From a virus (taxonomy: Duplodnaviria; Caudoviricetes), in IMG/VR virus record IMGVR_UViG_2671180244_000004, positions 69,202-133,201 of that record: a DNA stretch of 64,000 bases; one strand, given 5' to 3'. A model generated the notes under the pieces. That model worked only from the letters and a program-made list of their open reading frames with translations, ran no database searches and was not told the DNA's origin. Positions 21,714 to 30,700 of the stretch are shown in pieces. Numbering within the stretch: position 1 is the stretch's first letter; each line of letters opens with the position of its first letter. The position numbers were made by a program, and so were the translations under genes.

Positions 21714-22214
21714 TTGCATTCCATTGGTATTAGAGTTTTAACCAAAAGAAAAGAATCAAAAGGGAAAATATTTTTTGCAGTAATCGAGATCGAGAATGGC
21801 AATCTAAATTTAATTAGAACATCCAGTATTACAATTCCAGCCTCTCTAGAAGTTCCAGAACAGTTGGCATATATAAGAACGAATCTTCTAGCACTAATGA
21901 AAGAATTTAACGTTAAATTCGCTGGGTTAAGAATTGTTGAGGGATCTGCGAACACTCAAATTTCATACCGGAAAAATATTGAGGGAGTTATCCAAGAGCT
22001 TTTTGCAAATAGTGAGATTAAAGCTTATGATCTATTGCTAATTAATAAATTCGCAAGAATATTTAGCAAAAGTACTGCTGAAATAAAAAGCGTAATCGAA
22101 GGCGAACTTGATTTTGCTGGCATCTCGAAAGAAGAGTGGAAATCGCATCCTAAAGAAATTAGAGAAAGCATTCTGGCTAGCCTTTCAATTGTCTCATGGG
22201 GGGAAGCTGTATGA
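21714..22214 (+). CDS. RuvC/RNase H-fold-like protein, first catalytic Asp apparently replaced
   Basis: SIGIR beta1, FAVIE, GLRIVE, EGVIQ pattern resembles RuvC-like resolvases. Confidence 0.55.
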   Translation: MHSIGIRVLTKRKESKGKIFFAVIEIENGNLNLIRTSSITIPASLEVPEQLAYIRTNLLALMKEFNVKFAGLRIVEGSANTQISYRKNIEGVIQELFANSEIKAYDLLLINKFARIFSKSTAEIKSVIEGELDFAGISKEEWKSHPKEIRESILASLSIVSWGEAV

Positions 22215-23263
22215 TAACTTATACTGACACTATTTTAAAACTAGAGCTCAAAAAAGAAATTGGGGTTGAGGGTAGAAACTCAACTGTTCATATAGCTTAT
22301 GACCCTCAGCTAGATACCGATTTAGTAATAAAGAAAATAAGTAAAACTGATTTCACAAAAGTTGAGGAATATTTCACCGAAGCTCAAATGCTTTATTTTA
22401 CACAGCACCCCAATATAATGCCAGTAAAGTATGCCTCACAGGATGAGCAAAATGTATATATTGCGATGGAATTTATGGAAAAAGGTTCTCTTAACAGCCT
22501 TATAGAAGAGCGCTTCTTAACACCTAGGGAAATAATTAAAATATCTTTAGAATTCCTTTCTGGTATACACTTTATGCATGCAAAGAAACTTGTGCACTTT
22601 GACATAAAACCAACAAACATCTTAATTAACAATGCTAACAAAGCGATCGTAACTGATTTTGGTACAAGTAAATATTTAAATGATTTTGGTTTAGCAAGAC
22701 CTGATAAATTATACAGTCTACACATCCCTCCAGAAAAATTCGATTTTGGGCACTTCTCATTCTTTAGTGACATTTACCAGGCCGGTCTTACAATATATAG
22801 AATGTGCAATGGCAACAAATTTTTCATCGAACAGCTAACAGACTTGAACCTAAAAAATGCAGAAGAACTTGCTGATGCTATTTCTTCCAACAAGTTTCCT
22901 AATAAGAAAATGTTTCTTCCGCATATTCCAAAAGAATTAAGAAATATTATAATTAAATCACTTTCGATAAATGTTGAGAATAGATACCAAAGTGTTTTGG
23001 AAATGATGAATGATCTTGCTAAACTTGAAAATAAGTTAGATTGGGGTTACAATGAAACAACAAACACACATTCGATTGTTTCGTATAAAACAGAAAACCA
23101 CATATCAGAAGTTACTATTCTAAGAAGTGAATTAGGTGAATGGTATACTGAAGGGTATAAAATAAGACTAGTCGATGGCAAACGAACAAAAATACATAAA
23201 TTCTTTATTAAAAATTTAAAAACCAGGCAAGAAGCTTTTGAAGCAGTCTTCAAAATTCTTTAA
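22211..23263 (+). CDS. Hanks-type Ser/Thr protein kinase
   Basis: VIKK, HFDIKPTN, DFG, PPE and SDIYQAG motifs; ATGA overlap with upstream gene. Confidence 0.93.
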   Translation: MITYTDTILKLELKKEIGVEGRNSTVHIAYDPQLDTDLVIKKISKTDFTKVEEYFTEAQMLYFTQHPNIMPVKYASQDEQNVYIAMEFMEKGSLNSLIEERFLTPREIIKISLEFLSGIHFMHAKKLVHFDIKPTNILINNANKAIVTDFGTSKYLNDFGLARPDKLYSLHIPPEKFDFGHFSFFSDIYQAGLTIYRMCNGNKFFIEQLTDLNLKNAEELADAISSNKFPNKKMFLPHIPKELRNIIIKSLSINVENRYQSVLEMMNDLAKLENKLDWGYNETTNTHSIVSYKTENHISEVTILRSELGEWYTEGYKIRLVDGKRTKIHKFFIKNLKTRQEAFEAVFKIL

Positions 23264-23286
23264 TTCAAGAAAGGTGGGAATGAGTC

Positions 23287-23469
23287 ATGGGTTTTGAACT
23301 CAAATTGAATACTAAGAAAAACAATACAGCTCCATACCCCCTTTGCACCTTGAAAGAAAGATTGATTAAAGATAAAGCAGTAGATATGAGGAATAATTAC
23401 CGAATAATTGATTTGGAAAATGGTTTTGTTAAAGTAGTACCAATTGATGAAAATAAATTAGTTAGATAA
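23287..23469 (+). CDS. Small hypothetical protein (60 aa)
   Basis: AAAGGTGG RBS; followed by a terminator-like hairpin. Confidence 0.55.
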   Translation: MGFELKLNTKKNNTAPYPLCTLKERLIKDKAVDMRNNYRIIDLENGFVKVVPIDENKLVR

Positions 23470-23552
23470 ACCTCACTTAACATGGGGTTTTTCTATGTCA
23501 TCATTTAACAACTTTCCCCTGCTGCCGATAATTCTGTTGAGGTGGTAAAGGA

Positions 23553-24071
23553 ATGAGTTGGTACCCGTTCAAAAATTTTAGGGAAAAGAAAGCTGCTATA
23601 AAAAAGTTTAAAAACGAAGAGTTCAACAAAGCAAATCTTAGGAATAACTTAGTGAGCATGAAAACAAATGTGTTCGTTGAATATTTAGAATTTCACTTCT
23701 CTCTCGATGGACAGAAGTATCGATCTTATAGAAGTAAGCTTCGAGTAATAAATTCACTTGAAGAAGAAGTGCTGCTGATAGCCATTTCGAGAATTAAGGG
23801 GTTTGAAAAGGTATATGAAACTAAGTATATTACTTTCTATGTCGGTGCTATTCTCACAGCTGTAATACAAGTATTAACAACATTCGGCAATTTGTTTCCT
23901 GGTTACACTATTGTTGTTAGCCTTATTGTTATGGCTTTTTCCATTTTAACATTAAAGTTATTTTTAAATTTAATGATTAAGGATAAAAAATTCATAGCTG
24001 TGCTTATCTCATTTAGAGATTTATTAGAGAAAACTCTAGACAGAAAGAACCTGCTAGATGAAAGTGATTAA
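23553..24071 (+). CDS. Two-TM membrane protein, paralogue 1
   Basis: Two hydrophobic segments in the C-terminal half; GAGGTGG RBS. Confidence 0.75.
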   Translation: MSWYPFKNFREKKAAIKKFKNEEFNKANLRNNLVSMKTNVFVEYLEFHFSLDGQKYRSYRSKLRVINSLEEEVLLIAISRIKGFEKVYETKYITFYVGAILTAVIQVLTTFGNLFPGYTIVVSLIVMAFSILTLKLFLNLMIKDKKFIAVLISFRDLLEKTLDRKNLLDESD

Positions 24072-24177
24072 TTTCTCTCTCCCCTATTTCCACATGAAGA
24101 TTTCTATGTATTATAAATTATGATCACACTCAAAATTGCTGTCTTTCTTCCGATATTATCCATGAGGTGGTAAAGGA

Positions 24178-24723
24178 ATGCTATTTAAGTTATTGGAAAA
24201 AATATATGAAAAGAAATTCGAAAGGGAGATAGCTGATTTCAAGGACGAGGATTTCAATGCATACAACCTGAAACGTAATTTGGTAACCATGAGTTCAGTG
24301 TCTCTTACTAACTATTTAACACTCCATTTCCCAAGAAATGGGCAGGGGTATTCTAAACATAAAAGAAAATTTGAAAAAATTAAATCATTGGATCAAGAAG
24401 ATATATCGGCTGCAATTGCAAGAATGGATAGGATCAATCATGTTAATGATCAGAAGAGATTCTTCTTCTTTATTGGAGCGCTGTTTACAATTATCGCTAC
24501 TGTAATAGCTACTATTCTTAGAAAAATAAAATTCGATCCTGATGCATCCAATTTAGAAATTGTTGCAACTATCTCTATGGTATACACTATCCCCATTATT
24601 ATTTATCTGATGTTTTCATGGGCTGTGATAATGGACAGCTTAAACAAAGCAACAGTTAATTATTTTAAGGACTTGCTTATCCTTGCAAGAGATGAGAAAA
24701 AGAATGATATTGAAATTGATTAG
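24178..24723 (+). CDS. Two-TM membrane protein, paralogue 2
   Basis: Shares FN..NL..NLV.M and YL..HF...GQ.Y motifs and an identical RBS block with 23553. Confidence 0.75.
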   Translation: MLFKLLEKIYEKKFEREIADFKDEDFNAYNLKRNLVTMSSVSLTNYLTLHFPRNGQGYSKHKRKFEKIKSLDQEDISAAIARMDRINHVNDQKRFFFFIGALFTIIATVIATILRKIKFDPDASNLEIVATISMVYTIPIIIYLMFSWAVIMDSLNKATVNYFKDLLILARDEKKNDIEID

Positions 24724-24785
24724 ATGCTCCCCTGCCCTTTTTATTCATACGGTTTTTCTTCATCCCAAATTGCAGTTTTACAAAG

Positions 24786-25014
24786 GGAGTAGTTTTAAAC
24801 GGCACTCTATCAGTATGACAGGAACACTATGCCGGTCATCACTATCATTTAAAATGAGGGTATTCAGCTGCCTAAGTTGAACTTAGGGACATATATAAAT
24901 CCACTCTCATTTAAAATGATAGTGGAAAAGTCCACTTTCCGAATACTGTCGTTTTAAACTACGGTATTATATTTAGAGTGAAATAGATTCTGGTGTCATT
25001 TTAAATGACACCAG
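24786..25014. repeat. Array of six short palindromes (core TCATTTWAAATGA / GTTTTAAAC)
   Basis: Units at about 24786, 24840, 24871, 24901, 24942 and 24990. Confidence 0.8.
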
Positions 25015-25106
25015 CTTCACGATTAAGAATGAGTATCCCCTGCCCTGTTCCTCTGAATTGGGGATCATGGTATACTATAGGAAAAATATACTGGTGGTGG
25101 GAATGA

Positions 25107-25733
25107 GTGGGTTGGTGGATAACACTTGCTGTAGTACTCATTGTTTGTTGGTTTTTAATCAAACTAGACATGTTTGCTGATAAAGAAAAGATTAAAGAAG
25201 ATAACATAAGAAAAAATTTTCTAAGCCATGGCATTAAATCTGATGTGTCATGTATAGACCAAGATTTCAGAAGGAAAATTGTTCTCGATGAAGCAAATAA
25301 TCAATTTGTTATTTATGAAATGTTTGATGGAAATCGAATAGAAGAACAGCAAGTTTCATTTGAGAAAATTATTAAATCTGAAATCTTCTTTGATGATAAT
25401 GCAGTAACTAAGGTATCTAGAGGTGGACAGGTTTCAGGTGCATTAGTTGGTGGTCTTGTTGGTGGCGGGGTAGGTGCTCTCATTGGAGGTTTATCTTCTA
25501 GTACTACTCAAACAAAGACTTTTAAAAGTATTGACTTAAAATTAACAGTCGAAGACTTTAAAAATCCTATTGTGAAATTCCCTTTCATGCCAACAAAAAA
25601 TGAAATTGGATTTGAATTAATTAATGGTCTCAAAGCTGAAGATCCAAAAGTTAAACTAGCCCTACAAAATGCGGAAAAATGGCAAGGGATACTTGAGGTT
25701 GCTATTAGGAAAGCAAGTAGAGTCGCTCATTGA
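25107..25733 (+). CDS. Membrane-anchored glycine-zipper protein (YomJ-like position; possible superinfection immunity)
   Basis: N-terminal TM helix, GALVGGLVGGGVGALIGG; TGnTATACT extended -10 upstream. Confidence 0.6.
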   Translation: MGWWITLAVVLIVCWFLIKLDMFADKEKIKEDNIRKNFLSHGIKSDVSCIDQDFRRKIVLDEANNQFVIYEMFDGNRIEEQQVSFEKIIKSEIFFDDNAVTKVSRGGQVSGALVGGLVGGGVGALIGGLSSSTTQTKTFKSIDLKLTVEDFKNPIVKFPFMPTKNEIGFELINGLKAEDPKVKLALQNAEKWQGILEVAIRKASRVAH

Positions 25734-25749
25734 TTTGGGCGACTCTTTA

Positions 25750-25977
25750 TTAATTATTTAAACGGCTTTCTACTTCAAACATTCTTTTATTCAACAGCTC
25801 TGTTTTATTTTCCACATTCTGCAGCTGTTTCAAATGGGCTTTTATGTCTCTAGGTTCATTCTCCTCAATGCGTCTTAAGGACTCTTCAATTCCGTCCAAT
25901 CTTTTGTTAACAGTTTCAAATCCGTCGCTTACTTCTTTACGCATCTCTTGAATTGCTTTTAAAATTTGATTTTCCAC
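25750..25977 (-). CDS. Small coiled-coil protein
   Basis: GAGGTG RBS, heptad pattern. Confidence 0.65.
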   Translation of the reverse strand: MENQILKAIQEMRKEVSDGFETVNKRLDGIEESLRRIEENEPRDIKAHLKQLQNVENKTELLNKRMFEVESRLNN

Positions 25978-26024
25978 TTTGTTTCACCTCTCCGCTAATT
26001 ATAGCATCATTGCAATGCTTTTGT

Positions 26025-26240
26025 TTAAGACTCTTCCCTTACAAACTCAACAACCTCTTGAATAGCGCAATCTAAATAATCACATATTTTGTGAATTACC
26101 GTTAATGCAACATACTCATTCTTATTTAATTTTGCAACCGTTGCGGGAGCAATCCCTAAATCAGCTTTCAAATCAGCAGTTGTTTTATCTTTTAGTACGA
26201 GTGTGATTTTTAAAGGTTTGTAACTTAATTTGGATTCCAT
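26025..26240 (-). CDS. XRE/Cro-C1-type HTH regulator
   Basis: LSYKPL...ATVAKLNKNEYV...ICDYLDC HTH_26-like pattern. Confidence 0.85.
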   Translation of the reverse strand: MESKLSYKPLKITLVLKDKTTADLKADLGIAPATVAKLNKNEYVALTVIHKICDYLDCAIQEVVEFVREES

Positions 26241-26331
26241 TCGTATACCTCTCTATTCGCTTTCTTGAATTAATAATAACACATGTTAGTTTGATTATAA
26301 ACAAACTTAAAAATAAATTCAAAAATATGTA

Positions 26332-26360
26332 TTGACTACTTATTCACGTTAGCTTATCAT
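26332..26360 (+). promoter_or_regulatory. SigA-type promoter overlapped by putative operator repeats
   Basis: TTGACT-17-TATCAT; TTCACGAAAGCGAA at 26364 with inverted near-copy at 26256. Confidence 0.6.
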
Positions 26361-26494
26361 TAATTCACGAAAGCGAAAAATTATTCACAAAAACTTAAAC
26401 AATGGAGGATTATATGAAACATTTGCAGTTTGGGTAACTGGGGAAGCCTATTACCTAGGCTAAACAAAAGAAATCGCTGTTAGGAGGAGCAGAA

Positions 26495-26731
26495 ATGTCA
26501 GTTAACAATGTTACTGGGACTATATTGTTAGACGTTTCAAAAAATGTTGATTCTAATAAAGAGGAATTGGCTATCTTGGAGTCTTACTACTCTATTTCAG
26601 AAGAAAGAGTACAACTAGACGAATTATTACTCGTGCACAAGAATGGCAAAAAATTAGGAACTGTAAAGGTACATAACGTTAGTATTTCTTGGAATAATTT
26701 TAATGGGGGAATGAAAAATGAATCAATTTGA
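26495..26731 (+). CDS. Hypothetical protein
   Basis: AGGAGG RBS. Confidence 0.7.
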   Translation: MSVNNVTGTILLDVSKNVDSNKEELAILESYYSISEERVQLDELLLVHKNGKKLGTVKVHNVSISWNNFNGGMKNESI

Positions 26732-27416
26732 AAGAGCTTTTGATTATAAAGGGAATAATGTAAGAACGTTTATGAGAGATGAAGAAACTTGGTTTGTTGC
26801 AAGGGATGTATGTAACATATTAGAAATCGGCAATCCGAGTCAAGCACTGAGTCGTCTAGATGATGATGAAAAAGCTGATATCATTTTAAATGATGGCAGA
26901 CAAAAAAGAGAGTTTGCTACGATTAATGAACCAGGTCTCTATACATTAATCTTGAGCAGTCGTAAACCAGAAGCGAAGCAATTTAAGAGATGGATTACGC
27001 ATGATGTACTGCCAGCAATTCGTAAAAACGGAATGTATATCTCGGAAGATGCTACAAGAGAACAGAAACTATTCAACTACGATTTATTAGAAGAGACTTT
27101 CCGTAACTGCGGGATTGAAAATCTGCATGATCTTTATAAGGAATGCGTGGATTATTACAAAGAAAATAGAATCCGATTAGATTATAAAAGAAGCTCAAAA
27201 CATCGAAGAAACGATAAGAAAAAGTCACTGTCAGATTCTCGAATTGAGATGATGAAGAAGATTGAAAATGTACTCCAAGAACGAGAATTGAATTATAAGC
27301 AATCTCTTAATTTTGCCTTTGTATCAGTTGTATCTGAATTATTGAAGATAATTGCTCTTGATATTAAGTCAATAAAACATAACAAAACTAGAGGGAAGTT
27401 GGCTCAAGCTAGATGA
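26718..27416 (+). CDS. BRO-N domain (antirepressor-like) protein
   Basis: WFVARDVC, INEPGLY, SRKPEAKQFKRWITHDVLPAIRKNG BRO-N signature. Confidence 0.92.
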   Translation: MNQFERAFDYKGNNVRTFMRDEETWFVARDVCNILEIGNPSQALSRLDDDEKADIILNDGRQKREFATINEPGLYTLILSSRKPEAKQFKRWITHDVLPAIRKNGMYISEDATREQKLFNYDLLEETFRNCGIENLHDLYKECVDYYKENRIRLDYKRSSKHRRNDKKKSLSDSRIEMMKKIENVLQERELNYKQSLNFAFVSVVSELLKIIALDIKSIKHNKTRGKLAQAR

Positions 27417-27625
27417 GCAAGTTTGTTAATCCCGTCATATTAGATGTAGTTGCAATGGTTGAACAGACTTCTTCATCACAACAGACAGCTGATTTATCTA
27501 CTGATCATCTCTTAGCAAAATTTAACGATATACTTGAAATTGTTCTGGTGAATAGACATGGAGAAACTCTCAAACTAGAAGCATATGAGTTGAACTATGA
27601 AGTGAACAAATCAGAAGAAGTATAA
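27413..27625 (+). CDS. Hypothetical protein, weak paralogue of 26495
   Basis: VILDV...EIVLVNRHG versus ILLDV...ELLLVHKNG; ATGA overlap. Confidence 0.6.
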   Translation: MSKFVNPVILDVVAMVEQTSSSQQTADLSTDHLLAKFNDILEIVLVNRHGETLKLEAYELNYEVNKSEEV

Positions 27626-27634
27626 ATCTTAGAA

Positions 27635-27663
27635 AGGACTCCATCGATTGCGGAGTCCTTTTT
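27635..27663 (+). terminator. Intrinsic terminator
   Basis: AAGGACTCC..GGAGTCCTT stem followed by T run. Confidence 0.75.
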
Positions 27664-27713
27664 GATTCCCCCTCTTCTATTTCCGATAGCTTAGAAAGGA
27701 TGTGAGCAATTAA

Positions 27714-30700
27714 TTGAGCGAACAACTAAAAATATTCGTTACTCCTGTAGCTGACACATCTTCACAAACAACTGAAAACCTAAACAGGCAAATCAGTCAG
27801 CTACAGACTAAACTAAATTCACTTGAATTAAAAACGAACATCGATAACAATACGTTAAAGGCTTTAAAAGAGTTCACTGCTGCAATGGACAAATATCAGT
27901 CCAATTTGAAAAACTACAATGATACTGTAAAAGAAACCACTAAGATTACTCAACACCTTAATGGTAATGTTACAAAGGTCACTCAGGAACATAAGCGTAG
28001 TGGCGAAATTATCCAGAGGACAACCGAGAAAATTAAAGAGCAAACTAAAGAAACAAATAATTTAGCAAATGCTCAACAAAAACTTGGTCAAGTTGTTAAA
28101 AATACTGAGAGAATGAATGCTCAAGGTAAAGTTACTGGTTCTACTCAGAAAAATCGTGATGGTTACAAGGATTATACATACAATCTCGATGAAAAAGGAA
28201 ATGTAAAAAACTCAACTGTTTCCACAAATTTCGAGAAAAAAAGAAAAGATATCGAAGCGTTAAATGTCTCTCTGCAGAGACTTCGTGAGCAAGGTATTTT
28301 ATCTGATACTACCCTCTCCTCTCTCGGTCGTAAAATCAACCTTGCTCAATCCTCAGCTCAAATTGAGTCCCTCAAACAAAAAATTCGCACATTGGATGAC
28401 AAGTCGTCTGCTGTAGCAAAAAATAATGAACTGAAACAAACGATTGCGCTGTACCAACGACAAGCGCAGCTCAATGCAAACAATTTAACGAGTAAGTACG
28501 GCAATAACTTGAGCAATCAAAGTAAGGCGCAGATTCAAGAATACCTTCTTGCTGTTACTCAGCTTACATCTAAAACTCCTGCTCTATCTTCAAAAATTAA
28601 AGACCTCAATATGCAGTTTAGAGAGCTTTCATCTTCAATTCAAAACTCAACCCAAAGAGCAACATCATTCGGTCAACAATTGGGCGATGCTTTTAGTCGT
28701 ATTCCTGCTTATTTGCTTTCAGGTTCTATATTTTATGGAGCTATTACAGCTTTAAAAAATATAACTCAGCAAGCGGTTGAGATTGATACTCTAATGACAA
28801 ATATCCGAAGAGTCATGGATTTGCCAGATTACAAATTCAATGAGCTCCTTCAAACTTCATTAGATTTAAGTAATGAATTATCAAACAAAGTATCAGATGT
28901 TCTTGAAATTACGGGAAGTTTTGGTCGAATGGGCTTTCAGGCAGATGAGCTTTCCGATTTAACCAAAACAGCGCAAGTTTTGCAGAATATTTCTGATTTA
29001 ACTGCAACTGATACAGTAAATTCACTTACTGCTGCTATGCTCAACTTCAATATTTCCGCAAAAGACTCTATCCAAATTGCTGATAAGTTGAATGAAGTTG
29101 ACAATAATTTTAGTATAAGCACACTCGACATGGCTAATTCGATAAGAAAAGCTGGAAGTACCGCTTCCACCTTCGGTGTTGAATTGAATGACTTAATCGG
29201 CTATACAGCAGCCATTGGAAGCACAACACGTGAAAGTGGAAATATAGTCGGTAAACGAATTGCTGACTTTAAATCTCTTCTGATTGACTTGGAACTCCTA
29301 ACGTATAGACGAGGACAACAAGGGGCAAGCGTAATTGCAGCCTGAACGACTGAGCGAAGAGACACTATTTGTGAAGCGACAGTCTGAACTTCTATGGAAA
29401 CATAGAGAGTGTGGTTGAAGTGCCGCACCGCCATTTTTTAATGGTCAGTAACCTTTAAGGTGAAGTAACAGAATCGAACTCGTTAAAAACCATATTTGCA
29501 AGAATTGGTAATAACAGAAGCTCCATTAAAGCCTTAGATCAAATTGGTATCTCTGTGCAAACAGCAGCTGGTGAAGCAAAAACTTCAAGTCAGTTAATTG
29601 ACGAAGTAGCAGAAAAATGGGATAGCTTATCTGATGCCCAAAAGCAAAACACATCGATTGGTGTTGCGGGTATTTATCAACTATCTAGATTTAACGCCCT
29701 ATTGAATAACTACTCAATCTATCAAGATGCAGCAAACACGTCTGCAAACTCAATGGGTTCGGCATGGAAAGAGCAAGAAAAGTATGCAGACAGTTTACAG
29801 GCAAGGATAAACAGACTTCAAAATACGGTAACTGAATTTGCTGTTGCAGCAAGTGATGCTTTTATTTCAGACGGTCTTATCGCCTCCACTGAAGCACTAG
29901 GGAATTTCATGGGATTAACGACTGGGCTAGTTAAGAACATCGGTTTCCTCGCCCCTGCTTTTGGTACAGCCACAGTCGCCACATTATTGTTTTCTAACGC
30001 TTTAAGAACTACAGCTATGCAGAGTGGTTCTCAAATATGGAACCTCCTCAAGAACCTCCCTCTTACATTGCAAACATATTCAGCAGGTGCGGGATTAGCA
30101 ACAACTGCAAATAGAGTGCTTTCTCTCTCTTTTGCTACGCTTGGCAAAGCCGCTAGATCAGTAGGATTGTTTTTAGCTGGAGCAGCACTGCCTATTGCGG
30201 GATTTGCTGCATTGGGGTTTGTTGTTGAGAAATTAATTAGCGCATATTCTGATGCCAAAAAAGCTCAAGAAGAATTTGAAACAGCGCAGAAAACTTCGGT
30301 AGAGGCTTGGACTACGAACAAAGAAGCTACTCAAGGGTTAATTGATAAGTATAAAGAGCTTCGTAAAGCAAAAGAAGAAAACCAACTAACGCCTGAAAAA
30401 GAACAAGAATACTTATCTGTCTCACAACAGTTAGCAGCAACATTCCCTAACCTAGTTGAAGGATACGATGCTCAAGGTAATGCCATCATCAAAAACAATG
30501 AAGCCTTAAAAGAGGCAATTAAATATACTGAAGAGATGGCAAACTTCAATAAACGTGATCTGAAAGATAATGCAACTTCCAACTTTGAAGATCAAATTAA
30601 AAAGTTAAAAGAATTAAACAAAGAAATGGAAGCTAATAAAGCGTTAGCTGATAACTATAAAGAGGGTTCAAGTTGGATTACAAGACTCTTCGAAAACCCC

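Noticed and set aside
24786-25014. CRISPR array
   Set aside because: Units are non-identical, irregularly spaced palindromes, and no cas genes are in the window.
26414-26437. Seven-codon ORF MKHLQFG with GGAGG RBS
   Set aside because: Too short to distinguish a leader peptide from a decayed gene start.
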